Positions 25,381 through 39,275 of a stretch of DNA of 64,000 nucleotides are shown here, one piece after another. The first letter of the stretch is position 1. Each line of letters starts with the position of its first letter. The notes beneath the pieces are model-generated. The model ran no database searches, was not told the origin of the DNA, and saw only the letters and a list, made by a program, of their open reading frames with translations. The position numbers were made by a program, and so were the translations under genes. The DNA comes from Camelus ferus (Eukaryota): NCBI RefSeq assembly GCF_009834535.1, contig NC_045697.1, positions 89,840,001-89,904,000 of the forward strand. The letters run 5' to 3'.

Positions 25381-28300
25381 AACAGTGACAAATGTGACCA
25401 GAAATCAGCACTGTTAGACCAATAATACTAATAAGTATGTCTAGTCTAATGAGACTAGTGTTTAGTCTAATAAAACTAATGTTTTATTAGTTTAGTCTAA
25501 TTAGTCTAATAAGACGAATGTTCCTGTCATCGGAAGCAGGAGGATGAGAAGGGTACCTTGTCATTGGTCTGTCTCGCCCACAGAGGGTCCATCTGAAGGT
25601 GAAGAGGTGAGCTCCACTGGGTTATCAGCCCCTCAGGCTGATATGTAGTATGTAGAAGCAAATTATTTTTAGCACATCTGCTGTATCTTGCTCAGAGTGA
25701 AAAATTACAGTGACACTTGGAACTGAATCACTTCTACACTCAGCAATCAATAGAGGAGGGCAAAGTTTCTATTTATCCTCTAGGGTCACAATACTTGCAT
25801 AAATCCATCTTGATTTCTGCTCTCTTTCCAAGGAGATATAATTACAGAAATAACTTCCCTCAGATAATCATGTGTTTACATTATAAAAGGATAGAAAACA
25901 AGCCCTAAAAAATTAAATAAATTCTCACTCAGCCAAGACCTCATATGTCAGACTTTCAGAAAGTTTCAATACTGTCTGGAATGTATAGGGCTGTTCTCTG
26001 TCTTCCACACCTTTGATGGTGCCCTGATTTTTCTATACTTCTTGGTGGATCCCAGTAGTAGAATGTCTCTACTACATACAGCACCCATCTAGTTGGCCTC
26101 CTCCCAAGACTGAGGGCTCCTTCAGCCTCTGACTTACATCTTTCCAAAAGGACATTTACACTTGCATGGTTTTTTCTTTACTTCATGAAGGAGATTATAT
26201 ATTATATTTTATAAATATATATATATTTACACACATATAATTTATTTTTAAAGAAGCTGCATGTCTTTCTTTTAATGAACATCTTAAATTTCATTATACA
26301 TCCTAACAAGCCGATTAATTTTCCTCCATGCAAAATTTCATTAATTAAAAATGCACTTAAAAACAGATAAAGGTATATGCAAGCCCTGAACAGATATGTG
26401 TTGTATCTTAACTTCTCTTTGTTCTGCCGCTATCATATGTACTCTCTATTCCAGCCATCTTGCACATGTTTGCTCTTCTTCACAATGAGAATTGGATGAA
26501 AGGGTATGGGTGAGTCAGTATAAATCCATTACAATTATTGGAAAAACAACTAAAGACACATGGCCAACTGAGGCTGGGTCAATAAAATCTTCTCCATATG
26601 TGCAGGGCATCCCACTCTTAAGTTGATTTTTTTTTCTTTAGCAAAAATACAAATCATATTCATTTGAGGGCTCACATTTATTAAATTACTAGGGAAACTT
26701 TGGTCTGATATTTAAACACAAATAGCCAATGTTTAGAGATTCAAAGGTGAAATTTTATAATTACATTAAAGGTATAGAAGGGTAATATTACTATTCAGAA
26801 AGTTGAGAATGCCTTCCTGTATGTAAAGTAAATTAAAAATGACATCTTTGACTTTAACATAGAAGGAGGTTTATTCCATATGAAAACTCACTATAAAATA
26901 TATAAAACATAGTCACTGTAAATTTCAAGTTCTAGTAAATCTATGTAACTAAAAATATCTTTAAAGGGCATCATCCTAGAAATGAATGACTGATGCTCTT
27001 TTTTTGATTGCATAAAACTTTAGTAGTCTGAAGCATGTTTGATCTCATAAACCAGTAAACTTAACAAGACCTTGAAACTTCAAAGATTAACTTTACAAGG
27101 CCAAAAAAAAAAAAAAAAGAAATAAAAGGAAAAATGAAATATATTTCAAGGCTGAAAACAGTCATGGAGTTTTGTTCTTGGGAAGGATAAACTACATAAT
27201 ATAACAGATGTTGTATTTCCAAATAAGATAATATTGATTCTGCTGGAGCAAATGTCTAAAGTTCCAAACACCAATGAACATTTTGAATGCCCTAACTACC
27301 AAAAATATAAATCAAGGAGCCAGGATTAATTAACTTAAGTCCTGCCTAATTTTCTTCTAAATCATTAACTGTGGCTATGTGCTTATTTGCATATTTATAG
27401 TCAAGTTGAGGGTTAAAAACTCCTGAGATCAATTTTTGTAGTTTAGAAACCAATTTAAAACATCCAGACTTTTCGATACAATATAAATTATGTACAATTT
27501 ATAAGTCAATGTTCTTATTCCATTACCTAGTACTACACATAACATTTGCAGTGGTCTACAATAATAACTTGTAGAATTGGGATATTAATAATGCTGTCTT
27601 ATGATGGGTGTATTGATTATAAAAAGGGACAGATTTCATGGTATCAATGAAAGAATTAGTTACTTTAAGGAAAATATATTAAATAGAAAAGTAAGCAGGT
27701 ATGGTAAAAACAGATTTGTATTTTATTAGATAGCCAATAAGATGCCATAAAAAATGATTTCTCTAGAGTACTTACCACTATCAAAATTTTTCTTATTTGT
27801 TTCCTTTTTTCATTTTCTCTCTTTTACTCCTTCACACAAACATGTATTTTGTGCAAGCACCACAAGAGTATGAAAATGTTTTGCTTTTCACTGTGTGTCT
27901 GTTTTAAACTATATCTTATGAATCTAAAAATAGTCATGAATATAATAGATATCAATGATTATCTCAAAAATTGCAAACATACTCAAGAATTTTAAAAATA
28001 TACATACAAATAATGTGTAATCTTTGACATACAGAATATTTGTACTGTTCATTTTGACAGCAAATAGTCACTTTACTGCTGTTGGTGAAATTTCACAAGA
28101 ACTTTCCATAAATAAAAATCAGCAAAGTGAAAACAATTTTCTAACACCAGAACATTTACAGAACTATGCAGATCTTCTAGAGAAAATAAAACTAGCAAGG
28201 CTTGGCAATACCGATATTAACAATGAAGAAAACACTGTTTTGTCTGGAGAAAAATGAAAATATACTACACGCTGAGAAGATAAAATTGACTTTATTTGAA

Positions 28301-28592
28301 TTTCTTATTTTCTGTACTTTAACTTTTTAAATTAAGCCAACAATGTAACAATACAGTAAAGAAAAATTACTGGAAAAGAAAAAAATGACACACAATCTAA
28401 TCATCTTAATATAACTACAATGTATTAAGACTGGATGTTCAACTATCATTGTTCAATTATCGTTCAACTCCATCCCATGTCTATTCTCTTTTCATTTCTC
28501 ATATAAATATTAATTCCTAAAAATATGTTTTATAAAGAAAAATTGAGGAAATTTTACATCTTCATGGATTAATTTAAAAATTAAGACTTTTA

Positions 28593-28595
<3 letters not shown>

Positions 28596-28635
<40 letters not shown>
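28596..28635. repeat. (AT)20 microsatellite
   Basis: Perfect AT run read directly. Confidence 0.97.
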
Positions 28636-28637
<2 letters not shown>

Positions 28638-29019
28638 TCATCATTCAATTCTATTTAAAATTTTACTATTCGATTATTTTACTCTGGGATTACACACGTT
28701 TGGTCAACTTCTGGTTTTTCGTCCATTGCAGTAAATTAGACAGTTTTTGATGGCAATTCTTCCAGATTTCTATGGTTGTTGTCCCTGACACTGTGTCATT
28801 AGCCTGGACTAACCTGCCATATACTGCACAGCTCGTGACCATGGTAGAAATTGCCCTGAAGTCTTTCTTTTCCCTCCAGTTCTTGAAATCACTGTGTACA
28901 CTGGGTCTATTTGTGTTCAGACAATTTAACTTTGAACTTGTCTCTCTTTCTCACTTTGGTTTGACTCTTCTAGTATTTCATGTGGCTAAAAACACCTTAT
29001 GTGTTTGCAATTTGAAACG

Positions 29020-29398
29020 GGTTAGGAAGTAACTACTCATTTCCTCCATTGTCTCACACCTCCATTGGGTTTACTCTCATAGCAGTGGATAGGACAGGCA
29101 GGGACTGGCCAAGTGTTAGGGCCACTTTATGTGTTTCCTCAATATGGTCTCTCCATCATGGTGCCCTATGGGTAGCCAAATGCCTTTTATTTCATCCAGA
29201 GTTCCAAAAACAAGTATCCTAAGAGGCCTGCAAAGTTTCCAGTGACCTCACCTATGAATTTCCAGAAGGTCATTTCTGCTTTAGCTTATTAGTTATATGT
29301 CACTACTGCCATTCCAAGTTCAAGGGGAGAGAAATTAGAAACCACTTTATAACTCAGAGTAGTGGCAAAGAATTTGCAACTCTCTTTAATCTACCACA
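29020..29398 (-). mobile_element. MaLR LTR (MLT1H/I-like)
   Basis: gtcatttctgct...ttcaaggggagagaaattag...gagtagtggcaaagaatttgca...tttaatctaccaCA. Confidence 0.7.
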
Positions 29399-30522
29399 AT
29401 TATAGACTGGTGTCTTTTATTGAGCATTCCATCCAAAATAGTCACAGTTCACCCAGTGTATCTATCAATTACAGCATAAAAAATTATGTCATTTATTTCA
29501 TTATATGATCTTCAATGTTAGAGACGATTTCATTTTTTCTTTATTGTCATAGTACCCAGGAAAGAATAAGCATTTAAAATAAAAACGTATTTATTGAATG
29601 AATGCTATTAAAAGTACCCACTGGAGACACAAGAATGATTTTGAAATTCTTCAAAATAAATGACGCCATTAGTTTTATGCTTCACATAAAACAAATTTGA
29701 AATTCCTTAACCCTCTAGCTCCATCATAATCTGGACTCTCATGATGTTTCCGGTCTTAACCCCCATCATCTCCTGACTTCTATCCCTCTTCCATACCTTA
29801 GTGAGGCCAAAGTATCCCTAATTACCCACACTATGAATTTTCCACCTCCATTCTTATTTAACATATACTTAGGGTTTGATTTTTCTCTTTTGCCTGGTTA
29901 AATTTTATTCATCTTTTAATCTGAAGCTCAAACTCAAATAACACCTCTTAGTGAAGACTTCACCTAATTACTCAGCTGATCACTTGTACCTTTTGTTCCT
30001 ACATCTCATCAATAATTATGCCTCAGCACTTTAGTTGTTTACTTAAGAACTGCCTTGGAGCCATACTTCATTGAAGGTGTAATTCCAGAAAGTATTCACA
30101 GTAGGCCCAAAGGATGAACTGACTTGGCTGTGAAATCTTGCAGAGGAGCCAAACTAATAGGGCTCTGTGTCTTGTTTGGGCTACCTCTGGCTAGATTCCA
30201 GGCTATACTTCCTTTATAACAAGGCTTGTGGGTTGGGATGGGATGCTCCTGAAGTAGAGTAGGTGTATGTGGAGCTAAAGACAGTTACATGACTAACGGT
30301 ACAGCAAAGATTGTTTTTACTAAGGGTAGTCCCAATCACTCAAACTGAGGACACATCATCAGAGATCCATTTGGGAGACTAAGTCAGGTGGTCATTATTC
30401 TATATCACCTGCTTTCTGGCTTCCTACTTTACTTTAGTCTCACTTGGTAGCAAATCCACAGCCCCATCAACAGGTCGAATATTATTTACTAATCTTCATC
30501 TTGATCTCCTATAAAACACTCC

Positions 30523-31070
30523 TTATTCACTCATTTAGGCACAGTTTATAGGCAGGAAATGCCTCAGTGAGTGAGATAAAACAGATTTCCTGGCCAATAG
30601 CTTAAATTTCAATGGGAGAGATAAAACAAGTACGCAAATACAACATAAGAAAGTGTGAAGTGCTGTGAACAAAGCAAAACACAACAAAACACAGAAAGTG
30701 ATGGGGGAAGAAGTATTTTTGAGAGGGTGGACAAGGTACTCAGAAGAGATGACATATGAAGTACAACCCGGCCAGGGAAGGCCTACTTGAGAAAACAGCA
30801 TTCTCAACAGAGGTAAGAGTGAATGACAAAGGACCAAAGATGGGAATACACTTGATATGTTCCATGAATACCAGTGTGACTGAATATCAGAAAGTAAATG
30901 TAGAGTAACAGATATAGTCAGCCTTTCAGAGCATGGTAAGGAGGTTGATTTTAGGAAATGCAGTAGGAGTCATTTCAGGGTCAGGCAAGGAAATGATATG
31001 ATCTAATTTATGTTTTTAAAAGATCTCTTTGGTGACCATCTGGAGAATGGATCATAGAGAATGGGTCACA
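30523..31070 (-). mobile_element. LINE-2 3' fragment
   Basis: ttattcactcattt tail; cagcattctcaacagagg...caaaggaccaaagatgggaatacacttgatatgttc; catggtaaggag; atgatatgatctaatttatgtttttaaaagatc. Confidence 0.8.
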
Positions 31071-31796
31071 GAAAAAGTAAAAAGATAAAATACGTAAGTA
31101 GCACTCAAAGTCATGAACACAAACACTTTAGCAGCAGAACTTCCAGCCCATCTCTAATAAATATGATTAATTTTTGAGAAAATAATCATCTAGGAGTTTT
31201 GCTTGAGACCCAATAAAGAATCTGTTCAATTTTGACTTGTCAGCTTTGAGTGACATTGCCCTATATCAGTAGGATTTCCTATTACAATGAACTCCAGGGC
31301 TGTGACAATGTCATGGGGTTTTATTTAAAATGAACTCCACCTACTGAGATCATGACTGCAGAACTACGCATAACTAGACATTTATTGGTCTTTAAATATC
31401 AACAGAATAATTTATTTCTATAGTGTTTTATGACATAGAACTCTAGGGCCCCACACAAGTACTTGTCTCTCATTTTAGCAAGCACAAAGTCCACTTAATT
31501 CTTTTTTTTTTTTTCTTTTGAGAAAAACATTTGCTCTCTCCATAGACATGGTACTACCTCAAGTGGAGGTAGACTAGATCTCCTTCCAAAAAAACATAAA
31601 GTGACACTCTGGGCACACGTCCCTGATTAATGAACCAAGTATTCTAAACTATTTCATTTTACATCCTCATATCTCCAATCATAAATACAATCATTATCCT
31701 GTGGTTATATGGTTATTTGGTCTTATCTTTTAAATTTCACAGAGTTTTCTGCTTCTCACCACTAAGACCTAGGTTACTAAGCTATAGTTATCATAG

Positions 31797-32240
31797 TTAT
31801 CAGTGAGAGTTCCTGGCAATTAGCAACAGAAAGTAACTGTGTTTATAACTGAAGCAGAAAAAAAAAAAAAAAGAAAGAAAGAAAGAAAGAAAAAAAAAGA
31901 ACTTATGGGGAAAATATAGAAATAAAATAACAGGAACTTGGAGTATCAGAAGTAAAAACCATAGTAAAGGCCACACAATTGGAAGAGGCTGGTCTAACAC
32001 GGTTGCTGCCACCGGATACAATATGACCTCTACTCACTGCCATGTCCTTGTCTGAGCATGAAGTCCACATGGCTGAGCCTATGCTACTTGCACTCATGGG
32101 AACAGGGAGAACATCAGGGCACGTTTGCTTCCATGCAAGGAGTGTTCATTACCACTCACCAAGGCTATATCCAATATAGTTTACCTGAAGAGAGAACAAA
32201 ATACTAATAGAAATAAAGGAGAGATGGGATGGTGTACAAC
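31797..32240 (-). mobile_element. Old MaLR LTR (MLT1K/L-like) with an internal A/(GAAA)n expansion at 31858-31900
   Basis: tagcaacagaaagtaactgtg...taactgaagcagaaaa; tggctgagccta. Confidence 0.45.
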
Positions 32241-32569
32241 CAAAATTTAACAAATTCAGATATTATTTTATATGTTAGTGTATTCAACAGATATTTATTG
32301 AACCATTTGATGACAGTGTTCTAATTACAGGGAACAGTTCTGAGAAACATTAAGAGATATTGGAATAGAGTAGGGAAGAAAAGTAGGAGGGTAAATAATT
32401 GTTGGACTTTGTAAGCCTGTAAGCCTTGGTAAAGGCTTGCATTTTATTCTCAGTGCAATTGTGATTTTTTAATGAGAGTAATAATATCAATTAAAGTTTT
32501 TAAAGACCATTATGACTGCCAAGCAGAGAACAGAATACAAGTGGATCAAAAGCGGAAGTTGGAAGCCTC

Positions 32570-33110
32570 TTAAGGTTCTTGGCCACAAGCATCAGAAATA
32601 TACTTTGACTAACTTACACAGGAAAGGAACTATTTGGAAAAATATCAAGTAACCCACAAAATCATCTAGAAGCCTGGAGCATCAGATATAGAAGCCAAAC
32701 AGGAATCAAGAAGGGGTAGACAGTAGGAAATAGCTAAATGAAGATAAAGGTATAATTCTGTGGGATGCTCTCCCAAATGCCATTGCCACTGGTTACTCAA
32801 CAATGCATGTGCTAAACTCTCAGAATTTCTGCTGGATTCCAGATGCCTCCATGTAAACATTTCCCCAATTCTTCCTGCCTCTGTGCAGCATTCTCTTCAA
32901 ACTCAAACTCCTGAGTGCTATCTACCCTAGGTATGAACTTTGTCATACGTGCAACTCAAGCTTCTAAAATGTAGGACAGAAAGAAGCTACCCACTTTGGT
33001 TTCTATAGTGAAAACCAGAGGAGAGTGACCTCAACCAATTCTCACACAGTAGAAAATTCCCTGAGACTAAGCAGGGATTTTAAGAGGCAGCACTTCTCTA
33101 GATAAATGTC
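32570..33110 (-). mobile_element. Old MaLR LTR (MLT1K/L-like)
   Basis: ggttcttggccacaagcatcagaaa...tgactaacttacacaggaaaggaactatttggaaaaatatc. Confidence 0.5.
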
Positions 33111-33177
33111 CATGGAAGGAAGCTAGTATTAGTGTTTTAGTGCAACATGAAGGGGTCTTGGACCTGGACTTGGAAGA

Positions 33178-33395
33178 CAATATAATGAAATGGTTGAGTG
33201 CAGGCTATGGAAGGCGACTGTCAAACCCCTTCCCTGACACTCACTCTGTGTGTGATATTCTCTAGATTATCATTTCAAAAGAAATAACAGTGGCTACTAA
33301 GAATTATAGAGGGATTGTAATAATTCATAAATATTCTTAGTACTGGGAGTACTGGGCTTGGTGCTTATAATAAGCACATTATAAGTTTAGCTATC
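33178..33395 (+). mobile_element. MIR SINE
   Basis: tggttgagtgcaggctatgga...actcactctgtgtgtga...aataacagt...taagcacattataagtttagctat. Confidence 0.55.
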
Positions 33396-35519
33396 AATTT
33401 TTAGAGTGGTATTAGTAAGTATGGAAAGACATAGTGAGTGGAATGAAAAATATTGGAAAGAGAATTGATAGGAATTGCTGATTAGCTGACATGAGAGGAA
33501 GGGAAGAGGATCACAGTTGACCTCTGAATTATGGTTTGACAAGTATGTGGATTGTAGTACATTTACTGAAATAAGACAAATCTCCATTCCGCCAGTTTTC
33601 TGAGTTAGATCCACCCACCCCGGCATGCCCATGAATTATTTTGTATAAAACCCCCTCTTGGTTCTACATAGCTCTAGGGACACTCTAAGACATTACCCAG
33701 TCTTGACAGCAGTTTCACACCTGCCCCCATGCAAAACTACTGATTTTACATTTGTTCATCTAGAATCTATATCCATCTAGTATCAGTATCTATACCAATT
33801 ACTCAGAAATTATTGGAATTTAAGGAATTTTCCAAAGAGTTCTATATTTAAGTGACTACCATTGAGCTCTTTCCAAAATATAATGGGATTAACTGATGGT
33901 GGACAGATGTAATCTAATACAGTCTATCTCAAGCTTTGACTCTTCCTGACTTTTGCTATATAATGTCACATATTCACAGGTTCCATTAATTAGGGTATGG
34001 ACATCTTTGGGAGACCATTCTACCTTTTGTGCCTTCTAAAAATCAGTATAAATGAAACATTATTAGACAAACCAAAAATTATCCTACTAAGATTTCAGAA
34101 TATTCCTTTAGTCTCTGTACTAATAAGAGAGTTCCATATGCAAGGTAATATACATCTGTGTAGTTTATCCAATTCTGTCTTCAATATCACATCCCTTCTT
34201 TGTTCAAATATTTAATTAGGGAGGAATAAAATTCTCAAAACTAAAAAGAAACTGTAAATTGAACGACTTCATCATGGGAGAAAAACAAGAATCAAAATTC
34301 ACCAGAAGAACTTTTCTTAGATTTATATTCTAAACAAATATGTCATAAATATAGAAAAAAACTAGGCCACCCAGGAAAAGTTAAGAAAAATTAATATGTG
34401 ATCAACAAAAAATAGTTGCTTGACAAAGAATTATTTTTAATGAGATGTGTAGTCTAAACAAAGATAAATATTATAAAATCTTTAAAATTTAGACTAGAAA
34501 ACATATGATTAAAATTTCAGAAAAGTGTCTCTCTTTCTCTTTCCTTTGGCTTTCAAAAGAAGACTTTTTCTACAACACATATCTGCCAAATGAAAACAGG
34601 AAAAGTGATGGAAATAGCCCAAATTTCCCCAACCTTCATGATAGGGAATGGGGCTGATAAAAGTTACTGTAAAAACAACACTAATCCAGAAAAACCAAAG
34701 CTAAACAGGACTCTCTTTTATTTCTCCAAACTACATTTTCTTTTCTGATTTAATATCTAATGAAAACTTGCACAGAACAAAATTTTGGCATCTATTGGCA
34801 TGAGGACATTTTGTGAAAAACCATATTCTTCTACTGAAATGGTAAAGGAAATATTGGAGTATCATTAATTATATCAAAGCAATATTTTACTCCAAAACAG
34901 AAAAGAAAGTTCTTATAAAGGCAATATTAGAATAGAAGCCAAACAAATTATAGTATGCTTTGAAGTATAAAACCTGCAGCAAAGAACCTACACGACCTTG
35001 TTGGAGACACTTTCAAGTACAAAGCTGCACTGTGAATAAATTAAAGTTTGTTTTGTGGATGTGTGGGTGGGTGTGTCTGCGTGTGTAGAGGGCATGAAGG
35101 AAAAGAAAGTTCTGAACACAGTCATCTCAGTTCATGCTCTGTCACTAAGGAAGGAACTAAGTGACCCCACTATAAAAATTTGCTCTTACTTTTGCTATCA
35201 ATAGGTGAGCACCAAAAGAATATTATCTATTAACAAACTCAAATTCTAGAATGAACGTGGCAACATTGGAATGTTGTTCAGAAGGCAGAACCTTGTTCAC
35301 CACCTTAAACAAAGACCTAGTCAAAAAAATTTGTAGAACAATGTGAGAAAACTTACCTATCAAGAATAACCCTGATGTTTTATAGTTATTTTACTCTCCT
35401 TATAGTGAAATATAACTACCCGCATCAAACATTCTCATGTTTCACATAAACGCACTTGCTGATGTCAGAGCTTGGTGTGCCCTTCCCCTAACTGGGTACA
35501 GCTGACTCCTTGTCTTTTA

Positions 35520-35911
35520 AGAAACGATCCAATGTTCCAGGAGAAGAAAGAGGCAAATTCAGAGTAACTGGTGAGACTGTAATGAGGGGTTTAATTACAA
35601 AGCTGTAGACAGGGCAAAGAAGACAAAAATTGGGGCTAGCAACAGTGTGAAAGCCACCACCCCAAAGTCTGAAGGGGCAAAGGGAGAGTAGCAGCTACTG
35701 AACCTAGGGAAGCTTAGCTTAGCTGTGGGTCTGAGAAAGCCACGGCCTTAAGTAGAGGAGCAGAGCATCTGCCAACCCATGAGGCAAACCCAGCTGGAAG
35801 CCTGAGAGAGAGGGAGCCTGGCTGGTGAGGTCACTACTCCAAGAGACCAGGGCAGGATGGAGAAAATGGAGAGTAGACAGGGGAGAGGAAGGCAAGCGGA
35901 ATATTCAGCAC
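35520..35911 (-). mobile_element. ERVL LTR (LTR33-like)
   Basis: ggggctagcaacag...ccacccc...ctgaaggggcaaagggag...caaacccagctggaagcc...cagggcaggatggagaaaatggagagtaga...tattcagcac. Confidence 0.8.
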
Positions 35912-36869
35912 GTCCCTCTCAACGTCTCTTATTCTCACCTCCTCAAATGCACTATCTTGAGCCGCTAACGAAATTAATAACACACTCACAGTTTATCATG
36001 CCAACCATTAGAACCGATCGCAAGCCGGCAGGGTTTTTGATGTATTCTACATATTACCAGAAGCATCTGGCTTTTTGTTTTAACTTTAATTTCTAGACAG
36101 TCCTGAAGAAGCATTTAAACATTATAATCATTACAACAGACAGCAGAGTTTTCGCACTGATAAGACTAAAACACTTTGACATTGAGAAATGTAACAATGG
36201 GTTTTTATATAAGTTATCTGTTAGAGCTTTAGTGCCCCTAACATGATGAGGGTCAAAGTGAGCATTTGCCCTGAAAAAAACAGCTGTTCTCAGTGTTGGC
36301 CACATGGTAAGAATATGCAGAAATCACTGGTGTGGGCTGCTCTAGATGGCCATGCCATTCTCTGTGCTTAATGGAATTGTTGCTAGTCTCCTCAGTCCAC
36401 AGAAATCTGAGTGAGATGGGGGTGAATGCCCTTCTTTCCCCAGCAGGACTCCTCTAATTTTCTGTCCTGAGAATTGCCACTCAGGCCCGCATAAGTTATC
36501 TGACACCTGCAGTGAAGACTGTGGATTCAGCCATAACCACTGAGGGTTGTAGATGAATGTTCTTGCAGACGGAGACTGTCTGGGTTTAGGCACTGTTTCC
36601 AGGCCTAAGCAGTGGCAACAAAGCAATGCCTGAAATGGAGCTCATAAGGCAGGACTGTTCTGGAAGCCAGCAGTTGTCTCTACAAGCATCAAAGAGAAGA
36701 TGAGAGCTCCTCTCCTGTAGCAGGTAAACTAGATCATGGACTTCAGTTTTAAATGTAACCTCCAAATTCTAAGGAAATTTGTTATGGGAAGGAAAGGGGG
36801 AAAAACCCTGGACTTCCTTCTCGTGGAAATAGACAAGACTTTACAAGTGCAGAAATTTGCAGTCTAACT

Positions 36870-37251
36870 TAAAATGAGGGGTCTGATTCCATTTTTTAAT
36901 GTTTGAGTGCTGACAGCTTTTAAGCCTTACCAATCCCTACTCCCCCCGTGCCCTACATCCAGCAAGTTGGTAAGAAAGCCTGGCTTCTCCCTCCTTTAGT
37001 GCCCGAGGGAGATATAAACCATGCAAGCCCATACCCATCAGGGGAACTGTCACTCCAGCCTCACCACCACACAGCACCACAGTTAAAACCGAGGCCTGGC
37101 TCCTCTCCTCCTCCTCTCCCCTACAAACCTCAGCTTTGTAAGAAATAAACTTTTTTAGATGCTCTTCATATGTGTGATGTGGCATCATCAGTCTCAACAT
37201 GAACCAATTTGGAGTGGGAGTCTCCCCTGCTTTTGTAGGGTGACCATAACA
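36870..37251 (+). mobile_element. ERVL solo LTR (LTR52-like), second copy
   Basis: gtctgattccatttttt...tgctgacagcttttaagcc...taagaaagcctgg...aaaccatgcaagccc...AATAAActttt...gtggcatcatcagtctcaacat...gggtgaccataaCA; homologous to 13563-13981. Confidence 0.8.
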
Positions 37252-39134
37252 TCATGGAAATCTGCCCCTCTTGTCTACTTCCAACTAGTGAAAAAGTCAT
37301 ACCCATTCCCGACAATCCTCAGTCATCTCATTTTCCTAATAAGTGTAACAATTTTCATCCCATTCAAATTCCTAATGCAGCCTACTTTCCATTTCTTGCC
37401 AGTTCCTCAAACACCTTAAACTCTAGTCAATTATTACCAGTTGCAACCACAGTCTTCCTGTGTGAAGAGTGGTCACTGCCAAATCTAAAAAAAAATTTTT
37501 AATTTTTTAAAAAAATGAAGTGAGGAAAATGAAGTCAATGTGTCCAAAGTCAGCGGATTTGCTTCAATGTGTAGTTGCAGCAATAGTGGGATGTGCAGTT
37601 TTACCCAGGGAATTTATACATACAAGTATCTTCCCAGCATTCTCTGCTCCAGTTCCACCCATTCTAATTTGTCACTTCTTTCAAGATGTCTGTTTTGATT
37701 TAACTGGAAATTGCTTCAGACTTTACTGTACCCAGTGATTTTATGTAATTCATCTGTTAGTACCAGTTTGGATATGTTAAGCGTGATGTTAAAAATGAAA
37801 ATTAAGAATATTACATTTACTCAAATAAAAGGATGACTTACTATAGTGATTTATACAAGATAATTCTACTCACTGAAATTTTTTTTCAGTGTAAGTATAA
37901 TTTATTTCAAAGTTATCTGAAGATTCAACCACTTTTATAGAAAATAGTAATTTTTTAAATGAAAGGAAATGCAGAAACAAATTTTGTTTCTGATTTTCTT
38001 CTTTCGGTGATTTTGAAAAAAAAATTGAGTCAAAGTCCACAATATTAGAAAAATAAAATTTATCTAATTTGGGACATTCGATGTATTGGGACAAGTGCGT
38101 AAAATAGAGGGGAAAGAAGGAATGGTGGTTATGATGTCATTTAATCCTTTTAAGTGAAAAGTGGCTTTTTATTTTTAAAGGATGACTATGTCAAACAGCA
38201 AATACAGTAAGCTACACACAAACCTCCTGATTTCTCACCTCATCATTCTCAGCATAATAAGCCTTCATTTCAGATTTCTTTTAGGTACCAACATTACCAG
38301 TTCATTTGGCTCTCCCCCATGGCCCTTATCTGACCCAAAAAGCCCTTAAACACTTAAGACTCAAAAACAGCATGCATTTCTGCAGCGAGCCAGATCAGCC
38401 TACAGCCAGTAATAGGTTGTTAAGATTTAACAAGGAAAAGTAAGGGACCCATTAGAAGGTTAAAATGGCTTGGCTGGGAAGGGAGAGGGTGGAGATGGAA
38501 TCCAGAGTTTAAAGAGACCGAAAATAGTCATGTTAAAACTCATTTTAACAATCACGTTTAAAAATAGACTTCATTAAAATGCTTAATAAAGCATACTGCA
38601 GAAGCAAAAATAAAAAATCCAAAATCCTTAATTGCATATTGTAAAAGTGAAACTGATAGAAGATTATTTTACATCACCTGGTGAGTGCATAGTCCCCAGG
38701 ATTCAGGCGTCTGTGTGGAAATCTGAGTGTATATTCATAGGAAATAACTGGCTGTTCATGCCACAGGGATAGAGCATTTAAATAATGTGTAAAAATTTCC
38801 ATGATGAAGATTGCCAGTGTCATCTCATCTGCCTCTTTTTAAAAGTGGAGGTAAATGTATAGTTTTGGAGGAACATGAAAAATAAAACTCAAGGAAGTTA
38901 AATCAAAAAGTTCCATGTATATTTCATGCTAAGTTAAACCAAGTTAAACTCCTTGTATTAGTTTTCTTCAATATATTTTTTCTTATAGATGTTCTTGATC
39001 TGAGCATTAATTTTCAATGTATTTTTGCACTATTTAATCCATAAATTATAAAATTAATATGCCTAGTGACAACTTTAAAGATGTTCAGAACATACTACAC
39101 CTCTCTGCAGTCTGAAGTATATAGAGCAATTTTC

Positions 39135-39275
39135 TTACTGAGGTTAAATTTACTAGAGTGAAATTGACCCATTTCAGAGTACAGTTCTGTAAATTTTGAC
39201 AAATGCATGTAGTCATGCAACCAGGACCACGATCGAGATATAAGACGGTTCTATCACTCTGCAAACTTCCCTGTA
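39135..39275 (-). mobile_element. Old L1 3' tail fragment (L1MB/MC-like)
   Basis: ttactgaggttaaatttac...gtacagttctgtaaattttgacaaatgcatgtagtcatgcaacca. Confidence 0.75.

Larger units (their letters stand above)
32275..33580 (-). mobile_element. LINE-2 remnant split by MLT1-like and MIR insertions
   Basis: attcaacagatatttattgaa tail; gccttggtaaaggcttgcattttattct; ttttaaagaccatt; resumes as gaattgataggaattgctgattag...catttactgaaata. Confidence 0.6.

Noticed and set aside
25413..25522. CRISPR-like repeat array
   Set aside because: The units are 9 bp, irregularly spaced, without unique spacers or cas genes, and the context is mammalian
33830..33945. Possible CR1/L3 reverse transcriptase remnant
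   Set aside because: The similarity is too short and too weak to support without a profile search
13563..37251. Two same-orientation LTR52-like LTRs as the ends of one provirus
   Set aside because: They are 23 kb apart with no gag/pol between them, are strongly diverged from each other, and the first has its own TSD
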